A stretch of DNA of 64,000 bases from a virus, in the IMG/VR virus record IMGVR_UViG_3300003690_000024, positions 31,397 to 95,396 of that record. The stretch is one strand, 5' to 3'. Position 1 is the first letter of the stretch; every line of letters starts with the position of its first letter. A program made the translations under genes and the position numbers. The notes under the pieces were generated by a model. It made no database searches, was not told where the DNA came from, and saw only the letters and a program-made list of their open reading frames with translations. This document shows, piece by piece, positions 48,979 to 56,780 of this stretch.

Positions 48979-50934
48979 ATGGCAAACAACGAAAAGAACC
49001 CAAGAAACCCAGCATCACCGCTCTTTAGAAGATTAACGAGATTGCTGTCGGGGCCCATAATAAACTATCGGGCTCAAATTGCTCGACAAGAAAAGCGCGG
49101 AGACCTAGACAAATATAGATATCGTTTCCACTCCTTGAGTGGTCAAGAATTCAAACGTGCTGACAATAATTTTTCACAAAATTATAACCTGTTTACTTCG
49201 GCAGCTTTTCGAAATCAAAACCGCGCGGAGCGCTATATTGATTTTGAACAAATGGAATATATGCCTGAGATCGCGTCCGCTTTAGATATTTATGCTGACG
49301 AGATGACGACCTCTAATGAGTATGATAAGCTTGTGAGTGTTTCGTGCATGAATCTAGAAATAAAAACAATTTTAGAAACATTATTTTATGATGCGCTCAA
49401 TATTGAGTTTAACGCTTTTGGCTGGGCACGCAGCATGTGTAAGTACGGAGACTTCTTTTTATACTTAGATATCGACGATAAGATAGGGGTAACATCAATT
49501 ATAGGTCTGCCAAACAATGAGGTCGAGCGCCTTGAGGGCCAAGATCCGTCCAATCCAAATTATGTACAATATCAATGGAATACCGGCGGCGTTACTTTTG
49601 AGAATTGGCAGATTGCTCACTTTCGAATTTTAGGAAACGATCGTTATTCTCCGTATGGAACGTCCGTTCTGGATCCTGCACGCCGCATTTGGCGCCAACT
49701 AGTTTTGCTTGAGGATGCGATGATTGCGTATCGCGTTGTACGCGCCCCCGAGCGACGAATCTTTCAGATTGATGTTGGCAATATCCCGCCACAAGATGTT
49801 CCCCAGTATATGGAGAAGGTTAAGACTGAGATGAAACGTAATCAACTTGTGGATTCCACTACAGGCCGAGTTGATCTTCGTTATAACCCTCTTTCACTTG
49901 AGGAGGACTACTTCGTTCCAATGCGCGGTGGCGTTGGATCGGATATTAAGTCCTTGCAGGGTGCATCCAGTCTCAACGATATCGATGATGTTAAATATCT
50001 TCGTGATAAATTGTTTTCAGCGATTAAGATCCCTCAATCATACCTTACAAATCTTGAGGGAGATACGGAAGATAAGACCACGCTGGCTCAGAAAGATATT
50101 CGTTTTGCTCGTACTATTCAGAGATTGCAACGCCCTTTGGTAACTGAGCTTGAGAAAATTGCGGTTGTTCATCTTTATACATTAGGCTTCCGCGGAGACG
50201 ATTTAATAAGTTTTACTCTGTCTCTCAATAACCCATCTAAGCTAGCTGAGTTGCAGCAGCTTGAATATCTGCGTACCAAGTTTGACGTTGCAAATGCTAT
50301 TCCTGAAGGAACCTATAGTAAACGATGGGTTGCTAATAATATTTTGGGCCTTTCTGATGATGAATTTTTGCGCAATCAACGAGAGTCGTTCTACGATAGG
50401 AAGTGGCAACAGTCGCTTGAGACGGTCACCGAGCAGGGGGCAGAAGAAGCTTTAGCCGGCGGAGAGCTTGGAGGAGAGCTTGGAGGAGATTTAGGCGGTG
50501 AAGAACTGGGTGGCGAAGAACTGGGTGGCGAAGAACTTGCCCCCGAAGGGGGTGAAGAATCGGCCCTCTTGGCAACTCCTCCTGGACGTCGTGAGGATCT
50601 CGGAGAAGACTCTGCACACACGAGCCACTATTCTAGGGGGCGTACCTATACTAGAAAAGACGGCCGCGACGATAAGCGCAGAACATATTCTACTGGTCCG
50701 CATCGACGGGAGATTAAAAACAGTGCTTTACCTGAAGCTCCGTCGCTTCGCACGAGGCGTGTTAGAACACCGGGAGCTATGAGTATGGCAGATTTTGCAG
50801 CGTTAATAGGACTAGAAGAGAATACACCATCTATTTATAATAAAAACGAGAAATCTTTACTGGAGAATACTACGCGAGTTCGTCAACTTATTGCGCAAAT
50901 GGAAAAAAAAGAGGCACGCAATGATGAAACATAA
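48979..50934 (+). CDS. Portal protein (T4 gp20-like)
   Basis: LLEDAMIAYRVVRAPERRIFQIDVGNIP, EEDYFVP, DDVKYLRDKLFSAIKIP, DIRFARTIQRLQ. Confidence 0.95.
   Translation: MANNEKNPRNPASPLFRRLTRLLSGPIINYRAQIARQEKRGDLDKYRYRFHSLSGQEFKRADNNFSQNYNLFTSAAFRNQNRAERYIDFEQMEYMPEIASALDIYADEMTTSNEYDKLVSVSCMNLEIKTILETLFYDALNIEFNAFGWARSMCKYGDFFLYLDIDDKIGVTSIIGLPNNEVERLEGQDPSNPNYVQYQWNTGGVTFENWQIAHFRILGNDRYSPYGTSVLDPARRIWRQLVLLEDAMIAYRVVRAPERRIFQIDVGNIPPQDVPQYMEKVKTEMKRNQLVDSTTGRVDLRYNPLSLEEDYFVPMRGGVGSDIKSLQGASSLNDIDDVKYLRDKLFSAIKIPQSYLTNLEGDTEDKTTLAQKDIRFARTIQRLQRPLVTELEKIAVVHLYTLGFRGDDLISFTLSLNNPSKLAELQQLEYLRTKFDVANAIPEGTYSKRWVANNILGLSDDEFLRNQRESFYDRKWQQSLETVTEQGAEEALAGGELGGELGGDLGGEELGGEELGGEELAPEGGEESALLATPPGRREDLGEDSAHTSHYSRGRTYTRKDGRDDKRRTYSTGPHRREIKNSALPEAPSLRTRRVRTPGAMSMADFAALIGLEENTPSIYNKNEKSLLENTTRVRQLIAQMEKKEARNDET
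50458..50538 (+). repeat. Tandem 12/15-bp repeats encoding GGEL/GGEEL in portal tail
   Basis: GGAGAGCTTGGA and GAAGAACTGGGTGGC units. Confidence 0.8.
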
Positions 50935-51736
50935 TAAGAAAAGAAATACGGCGTTTATCTATGAGACTTTATCTCGTGAATTAACTAAGGCCATATTAGA
51001 TAAAAATGCCAAGAGGAAAAATCAGATTATTTTCATCTTTAAGGAGCATTTTTCTGGGGATACTATTCTTGCAAAAGAGTTACAGATTTATAAATCAATT
51101 CTTGAAACGAGTAATATTCAAAAGAATTTAGCTGAAAGAATCTTACAAGAATCAAAAGTCGCTCATAGTGTCCTCAACGAGAAAGAAATATTTGATGCCC
51201 AGTCTCAACTTATAGCAGCGATCAATAAAGGTCTTGGTCAGGGCGTGTGGTCTAATTTTATACCAAACTTTAAGTCTTTAGCTTCTGTAGACGCCATCTT
51301 TAATAAGAAAGTGTCACTTAAAAAGCGAGTTCTATTCGAGCAAGCTGCCGTCGATACCATGAGCGAAAAGAGAGAAACTTTTACTGGCAAGAAACTACAG
51401 CCAGTTGACGCGCTAACATATAGAACCTTTATTAATAAATTTAATGGTAAGTATGAAACACTATTACAGGAGCAAAAAGATTTACTAAATAATTATATTG
51501 CTAGCTTTGCTGATGAAGGCTTCGAACTGCGCCTTTACTTAAACCAAGAACTGGGACGACTGAAGTCCGCGCTAGTTGAGTCTCGCGAGCACCAAGGAGA
51601 TGAATTTACGAAGCAAAATATAATAGGCGTTTCCGAATATTTAGAGGGGTTTAAGAAGAGAGAGTTCGGCGACTCTGACTTAATTAAGGTGTTACAAACT
51701 CAAGAATTAGTGCAGGAGCTTTCAGCAGATGATTAA
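50921..51736 (+). CDS. Hypothetical head-module protein
   Basis: Start reassigned to MMKHNKKRNTAF; directly follows portal. Confidence 0.72.
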   Translation: MMKHNKKRNTAFIYETLSRELTKAILDKNAKRKNQIIFIFKEHFSGDTILAKELQIYKSILETSNIQKNLAERILQESKVAHSVLNEKEIFDAQSQLIAAINKGLGQGVWSNFIPNFKSLASVDAIFNKKVSLKKRVLFEQAAVDTMSEKRETFTGKKLQPVDALTYRTFINKFNGKYETLLQEQKDLLNNYIASFADEGFELRLYLNQELGRLKSALVESREHQGDEFTKQNIIGVSEYLEGFKKREFGDSDLIKVLQTQELVQELSADD

Positions 51737-52235
51737 GATTAAGATTGGTGGCCCCCAAGCTACAGTCGAATTAAATGCGCGCAAGAGCCTTGATGGATCG
51801 TTGCTTATTATGGATCACAAAAAGATTGATATTGCTGTAGTACCTGATAGTATGAAGGTGGTAACCTTCCCCAAAAACGATGCCACAGAAGATGTTTATG
51901 ATTATCAAAATAGGTTACTGGAGCTTCTGGCCGACAGAGGGATTATCGATCGCGCCACCATTCAGGGGGGCAATATTTTTAGATCTCTGGAAGGAGTTGT
52001 ATATGAAAGTAAAGAAGTTAATTCTATGCAAGCAGCTGTTTATGTTATAAGTGAGTTTGTAGAAACCGAAGCAGAACATGAGAAAATTGCTGATCAGTAT
52101 GAGAAGGAACTGGAAGATATGTACACTCATCCCGATGATCGAGACTCTACAGAGTTGGGTGAGGTGCCGCAGTATGCTCAGAAGGGCTCTATGCGCCCGG
52201 GTTACTACTACTATCCATTACGCAACCGGTATTAG
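51729..52235 (+). CDS. Hypothetical protein
   Basis: AGGAG upstream; overlaps previous stop. Confidence 0.7.
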   Translation: MIKIKIGGPQATVELNARKSLDGSLLIMDHKKIDIAVVPDSMKVVTFPKNDATEDVYDYQNRLLELLADRGIIDRATIQGGNIFRSLEGVVYESKEVNSMQAAVYVISEFVETEAEHEKIADQYEKELEDMYTHPDDRDSTELGEVPQYAQKGSMRPGYYYYPLRNRY

Positions 52236-52238
52236 ATT

Positions 52239-52790
52239 GTGGGCGATATGAGGCTCATAATGGAAAACTGGCGCCATTTTCAGGAACAAGAGAGGCTTGT
52301 TGAACTATTTGGCTTTGGCCGCGAAGCACCAGCAGAAGAAGAAGAGGACGCTCTCGGTCAAGAAGAGGAGCCTAAAATTCAAACAGTTGGGCAACTTCGA
52401 GCGTTATTTAGAAACATGAAGCTAAAAAAGACCGGCGGCGCTGCAGCCAAAAAAATGGCTAAACTTGGTCTCAGTTTTTTGGGTCCTGTTGGCGGCGCAA
52501 TTCAAGCCGGCTGGGACGCAGCAGAAGAAGGTGGAGAAATAGTCAGCGCTCTAAAAGCTCTGTATGGAGCGGACGATAAATTTAGATCTAATACAGGCCT
52601 AGATGCTCTTAATATGGATGATAACATTTCAAAAATTATTGACGACCCTATTGAGGTCGCCTTTTTAAAATATTTTATCAAGAAATTCGAAGGACTCGAT
52701 GACTCTGCTCGTTTAGATGATGTTGATATGGAACAAGAGATGCAAGAATTCCTTGCTAGTAAATTTGCTGGCCATTCGGTAAAGAAGTAG
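52239..52790 (+). CDS. Hypothetical acidic head-associated protein
   Basis: MRLIMENWRHFQE leader-like N-terminus (start may be 52248). Confidence 0.68.
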   Translation: MGDMRLIMENWRHFQEQERLVELFGFGREAPAEEEEDALGQEEEPKIQTVGQLRALFRNMKLKKTGGAAAKKMAKLGLSFLGPVGGAIQAGWDAAEEGGEIVSALKALYGADDKFRSNTGLDALNMDDNISKIIDDPIEVAFLKYFIKKFEGLDDSARLDDVDMEQEMQEFLASKFAGHSVKK

Positions 52791-52798
52791 AGGATACT

Positions 52799-53116
52799 TT
52801 GGGATTGCTACATTTTATACTTGCCGCATATGGGATGACTTTTATTATAGTTTATAGTTCCATCTTCGATCGCGTACGGGAAATTTCAACTAAGTATCAA
52901 TTTATAGGAAAGCTGTTTCATTGTCCTCTTTGCATGGGATTTTGGGTTGGAGTGTTTCTTTGGGGCGTAAGTCCTATGACCGAACTATTTACTTTCAGTA
53001 ATAGCCCGATAACGGCGTTTATTTGTGGGTGTATTAGTGCTGGCACATCCTACATGTTGAGTGTAGTGATAGGCGATTACGGTATCAATGTGATACAAAG
53101 AGGAGGTGAGTCGTGA
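52799..53116 (+). CDS. DUF1360-like membrane protein with CxxC
   Basis: Three hydrophobic segments, LFHCPLCMGFWVG. Confidence 0.65.
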   Translation: MGLLHFILAAYGMTFIIVYSSIFDRVREISTKYQFIGKLFHCPLCMGFWVGVFLWGVSPMTELFTFSNSPITAFICGCISAGTSYMLSVVIGDYGINVIQRGGES

Positions 53117-53169
53117 AAAGATGGACAATTCAGCCGGTACGTAGATGCTGCTCCGGCAGCATACTTTAG
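53113..53169 (+). CDS. Micropeptide (18 aa, MKRWTIQPVRRCCSGSIL)
   Basis: AGGAGGT SD at 53101-53107, GTGA start/stop overlap with upstream gene. Confidence 0.5.
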   Translation: MKRWTIQPVRRCCSGSIL

Positions 53170-53189
53170 GTGGGGTCGAAAGGCCCCAC
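53170..53189 (+). other. GNRA-capped RNA hairpin
   Basis: GTGGGGTC-GAAA-GGCCCCAC; no immediate U-tract. Confidence 0.6.
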
Positions 53190-53212
53190 GTTAAACTTTT
53201 AGGAATAAGATT

Positions 53213-54220
53213 ATGGCATACAGAAAGAATAGAAAAAGAATAGATCCAAGGTACTTCTTGCACGAGACGGTAATGCGCGAGATGAATGCAGATATTGCTA
53301 AGCAGCTTGATCAAATAGTGCTGAGCGCTACACAAGCGCTGAGGGGCATACTAGAATCGGGGCTTCTCTCAGTTTCTAGGGATCCCGAAGCCCAGGCCGG
53401 CGCCGCTTTGCGTCCTGGAGATGAAGCTCCTCGAAATGTGGCAGGAGGTAAGCTGGAAGCAATGATAGCCCAGTATGTGGAAAAGTTGGATGAGACCGCA
53501 GCGTTGCAGCTTGGCCGCGGCGGCTCTTCTTCCCGCGGCGGCGATGCCGCGGCCGCGATATGCGGAGAGGTACTCCGAGATCTTCCCCCGTGCCCAGAGG
53601 GTGAAGAGGGGTGTGGATTGATGAGGAATGCAGTGGGATACTTAGCCTGTTTAGAGCAGGGTGACGGCGGCCGTTGGTTACAAGAGAATGGATTGGCGGC
53701 CGTAAATCAGAAGGTATACGGCGCCCTTAACGATAAACTAAGAAACAGCTTCCAGAAAGGTGCTCTGCAAGAGGGATGGGGCTGGCGCGCCGAAGATGAG
53801 GAAGAGTCCGGGTCTGAGTTCTTGAAGAGCAAGGGCCATGACCCCGAAACAGCCGAGCCTTTTAAAGGAACTAAAACGAAGAGAGGAGCAGCAAAACGCC
53901 AACGGCGACAAGAAGATCCGGCGGGGAAAGAAATCGAAGATTTAGATGAAGAGTGTCCCGGTACTGAAGAAGGGGGCGCAGAACTAGATATTAGTGGCCC
54001 CGGAGTTGAACTTCATGTTGATGATATTAGTCAGCTACCGCCCGATGAAGCTTTTGCAGCAGGAATTGCGGCTGCGAGAGCTGCGATCGATGAGTTAATG
54101 GATGGCGACGAGCCTCCAGCGGAAGAAGAGCTGCAGCAATCGGGGGACAGACCTGGGGTTGCGGAAGGTGTAGCGTATTGGGCTAAGTGGGCCGACGATC
54201 TACTGGGACGTCGACGTTAG
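53213..54220 (+). CDS. Hypothetical acidic, low-complexity head-associated protein
   Basis: AGGA SD; Glu-rich; immediately upstream of prohead protease. Confidence 0.68.
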   Translation: MAYRKNRKRIDPRYFLHETVMREMNADIAKQLDQIVLSATQALRGILESGLLSVSRDPEAQAGAALRPGDEAPRNVAGGKLEAMIAQYVEKLDETAALQLGRGGSSSRGGDAAAAICGEVLRDLPPCPEGEEGCGLMRNAVGYLACLEQGDGGRWLQENGLAAVNQKVYGALNDKLRNSFQKGALQEGWGWRAEDEEESGSEFLKSKGHDPETAEPFKGTKTKRGAAKRQRRQEDPAGKEIEDLDEECPGTEEGGAELDISGPGVELHVDDISQLPPDEAFAAGIAAARAAIDELMDGDEPPAEEELQQSGDRPGVAEGVAYWAKWADDLLGRRR

Positions 54221-54229
54221 AAAATTTTG

Positions 54230-54826
54230 ATGCCACAGCTTCTCCGCGAATACTATGAGCTATGCGAAGGCGGCGTCTGTCAGGATCTTCTGACTGAGGC
54301 CGAGAAGACCTTTGTGCGGAATGGTGGGATGTTCCTGACCGGCAAACTTCAAGAAGCTGAGGTGCAGAATGGCAACGGAAGAGTTTACCCTCGACCGGTT
54401 TTAGAGCGCGAAGTAAAGAGATACGCGAGTGTTGTTAAGGACAATCGTGCACTGGGAGAATTAGATCATCCTGACTCCTCTATTATTAATTTAGCTAATG
54501 TATCTCATATGATCACGGAAGTGTGGATGGACGGTCCCTCGGTTATGGGCAAAGTAAAAGTTCTTGACACCCCTTCAGGTCAGATTCTACGCGCTCTGGT
54601 TGATTCGGGTGTGAAGATCGGAATCTCTTCTCGGGGGATGGGATCAGTTACCGAGACACAAGGAAAGACAATTGTGGAGGACGACTTCCAGCTGATCTGC
54701 TTTGATATTGTATCTGAGCCCTCTACACCGAATGCCTTTATGGCACTTTCCGAGAATAAACTGATGAATGAACGAATCCAGAAAAAAAATAAAATCATTA
54801 CACTAATGAATGAAATATTGGAATAA
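54230..54826 (+). CDS. Prohead core protease (T4 gp21-like)
   Basis: NGNGRVYP, ALGELDHP, VSHMI, GISSRGMGS, FDIVSEPSTPNAF. Confidence 0.93.
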   Translation: MPQLLREYYELCEGGVCQDLLTEAEKTFVRNGGMFLTGKLQEAEVQNGNGRVYPRPVLEREVKRYASVVKDNRALGELDHPDSSIINLANVSHMITEVWMDGPSVMGKVKVLDTPSGQILRALVDSGVKIGISSRGMGSVTETQGKTIVEDDFQLICFDIVSEPSTPNAFMALSENKLMNERIQKKNKIITLMNEILE

Positions 54827-54830
54827 TATA

Positions 54831-55607
54831 ATGCTTATATCAGAGACGGAATTAGAAGAGCTTATTAAAGAAGAAATCGAGAGAGCAATTGATGAAGGCT
54901 GGCTCGATCGTATGATTGCAAAGGGGTCTGGGTTGAAGTCTAGGATGGGAGGTGCCTTATCTGGACTGGGTGCGAAAGCAGCCCGCGGCCTCGGCGCCGA
55001 TACTGCTGCTGCAGAGATGGAGAAAGCTGGAGCGACCCGTACGGCCGCTGCTCCGAATCAGGAGAAGCTGGGCTTAATGAAGCAGCATTCACGCAAGTTT
55101 AGCATTGTATCGACAGACATGATCAAGGATGCCCAGAAATTGGGACTTCTGGAGGATCCCAATTTTAAGAAAGCATTAGCGGCAGCCAAAGCAGTAGCAA
55201 CACGTATGAACAATATCGTGGCAGCTTGGGAAAAGGCCCCCGAACAGATTCCGGGCGGTGAAGGCGCCGCCGGTGCCGTACCCGAGGTGACCGCTGTTAA
55301 TCAAAATAATCTAGCCACAAGAGATGCAGATAATTATGGAGATGATCGCAAACTTAATGCAAAAGGCCTCCAGCTAGCCAAAGCACAAGTAGCTTTCTTA
55401 AATAAGCAAGGTAAAAATGTTCCCGATCTTTTGAGCAAAGCTATTCAAGATGCTGAAGCGGGATCGCAAGAGAATATTCCAACTCAGGTAGTACCAAAGG
55501 ACGATCTTGATGCAGAGGTCGCCGCCAGACAGGCAGCCGGCTCGCCGCCCGTTCGCGAGGCTCTTAAGAAAATTATAAGAGAAGAACTACAAAGGATGGC
55601 AAGCTAG
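54831..55607 (+). CDS. Hypothetical protein with leader-like motif at both ends
   Basis: MLISETELEELIKEE start; C-terminal ALKKIIREEL. Confidence 0.7.
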   Translation: MLISETELEELIKEEIERAIDEGWLDRMIAKGSGLKSRMGGALSGLGAKAARGLGADTAAAEMEKAGATRTAAAPNQEKLGLMKQHSRKFSIVSTDMIKDAQKLGLLEDPNFKKALAAAKAVATRMNNIVAAWEKAPEQIPGGEGAAGAVPEVTAVNQNNLATRDADNYGDDRKLNAKGLQLAKAQVAFLNKQGKNVPDLLSKAIQDAEAGSQENIPTQVVPKDDLDAEVAARQAAGSPPVREALKKIIREELQRMAS

Positions 55608-55610
55608 AGA

Positions 55611-56066
55611 ATGAAAAAGTCTGAATTAAAAAATATTTTAAAGCCGCTTATTAAAGAATGTATAAAAGAGGTTATATTTGAAGAGGGCGTTCTCTCTGGA
55701 ATTATAACAGAAGTGGCTCATGGTGTAAGCGGTTTGCGCACCGAGAGCTTCGAGCCTCCCGCGCTTCCTGTAGATCCGCCGCTTCGGAGAATACAGCACA
55801 ATGCGTTTAGTGAGCAGCCCACATCGAAACTGCAAGAGCATAAAAAGAAGTTAATGGAGGCCATTGGAGGAAAAACTTTTAATAATACAAATTTGTTCGA
55901 AGGAACGACTCCGACTTTAGGAGAGACCTCCCCCATTCAGCAGTCTAGTCCGGTGTCTGGAATGGATCCCACCGATAAGGGAGTGGACATTAGTAACCTA
56001 TTCGGGGCAGTCGGTAGAAATTGGACAGCCCACATGAATGATGTGAAAGCGAAAGAAGGAAAGTAG
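55611..56066 (+). CDS. Hypothetical protein with leader-like N-terminus
   Basis: MKKSELKNILKPLIKECIKE. Confidence 0.7.
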   Translation: MKKSELKNILKPLIKECIKEVIFEEGVLSGIITEVAHGVSGLRTESFEPPALPVDPPLRRIQHNAFSEQPTSKLQEHKKKLMEAIGGKTFNNTNLFEGTTPTLGETSPIQQSSPVSGMDPTDKGVDISNLFGAVGRNWTAHMNDVKAKEGK

Positions 56067-56073
56067 GTGTAGT

Positions 56074-56301
56074 GTGGCGATAAACGTGAGAGTAGAATTA
56101 AGAAGAGGCGAGACTACAGAACGACTTATTAGAAGGTTTATTAAAAAATGTAAGAAAGAAAAGGTGGTCGAGCAGTATCGTGCGCACACAGATCATTATA
56201 TTAAACCCTCGGTGAGAAGGAAGCTAAAGAGTACCAAGGCGCGCCGAGAGCAAAAAAAGCTTCAAAATAGAAAAAACAAGAAAAATAAAATGTTCAGATG
56301 A
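56074..56301 (+). CDS. rpsU: Ribosomal protein bS21 homologue
   Basis: V.V...E..ERLIRRFIKKC.KE......R....YIKPSVRRK.K...ARR pattern, 75 aa, very basic. Confidence 0.85.
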   Translation: MAINVRVELRRGETTERLIRRFIKKCKKEKVVEQYRAHTDHYIKPSVRRKLKSTKARREQKKLQNRKNKKNKMFR

Positions 56302-56317
56302 AACAAGTTACACGGAT

Positions 56318-56324
56318 CTATTTA
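56318..56324 (+). promoter_or_regulatory. Candidate late promoter CTATTTA
   Basis: Intergenic, before SD/ATG 56344. Confidence 0.55.
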
Positions 56325-56343
56325 ATAAACGGAGAGATAAATT

Positions 56344-56751
56344 ATGGCAACTTATAGTTATAAGCCGGGCCTTGGAGCTGCTGGCGCATACCAAGTCGCA
56401 GGCACCCCATATGTGAGCGGGAACATTGACCCCACACACGCTGAGATAAAGTTGGACTTCCCTGGGGTAACTCAGTGGGTGGTGGTGCAGAATCCCGCCG
56501 GCGCTGATCTTAAGGTGGCGTTTTCTTCAAACGGATTGAAATCAGATAAGTCTTATTACTTTACACTTCCGGCTTCTACTGTGTCGCCGAGATTTGAGGT
56601 TAAAGCTACACAGCTTTTTTTGTCGGGCGGCGCCGCGGGAGTTTCGGTGATGGCTGGCTTAACAAGTATTGATACTATAACAATAGATAATGCCTCTGTT
56701 TCTCCATCGGGCTCTAATTGGTCTGGGTCACTTGGAGCCTTGGTGGGTTAG
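56344..56751 (+). CDS. Hypothetical small beta-rich virion protein
   Basis: Candidate late motif and GGAG upstream; SGSNWSGS tail. Confidence 0.68.
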   Translation: MATYSYKPGLGAAGAYQVAGTPYVSGNIDPTHAEIKLDFPGVTQWVVVQNPAGADLKVAFSSNGLKSDKSYYFTLPASTVSPRFEVKATQLFLSGGAAGVSVMAGLTSIDTITIDNASVSPSGSNWSGSLGALVG

Positions 56752-56780
56752 GAGGATCCTATGCCACGGAGGGCGTCTGA

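Noticed and set aside
47390-50934. Inteins or introns in terminase/portal
   Set aside because: Lengths are ordinary and no splicing or homing-endonuclease motifs are visible
53170-53200. Hairpin as terminator or recoding element
   Set aside because: No adjacent U-tract; read-through of the TAG hits another stop within a few codons
50921-56751. Major capsid protein or small terminase
   Set aside because: No ORF with recognisable gp23 or gp16 motifs; presumably outside the window or too divergent
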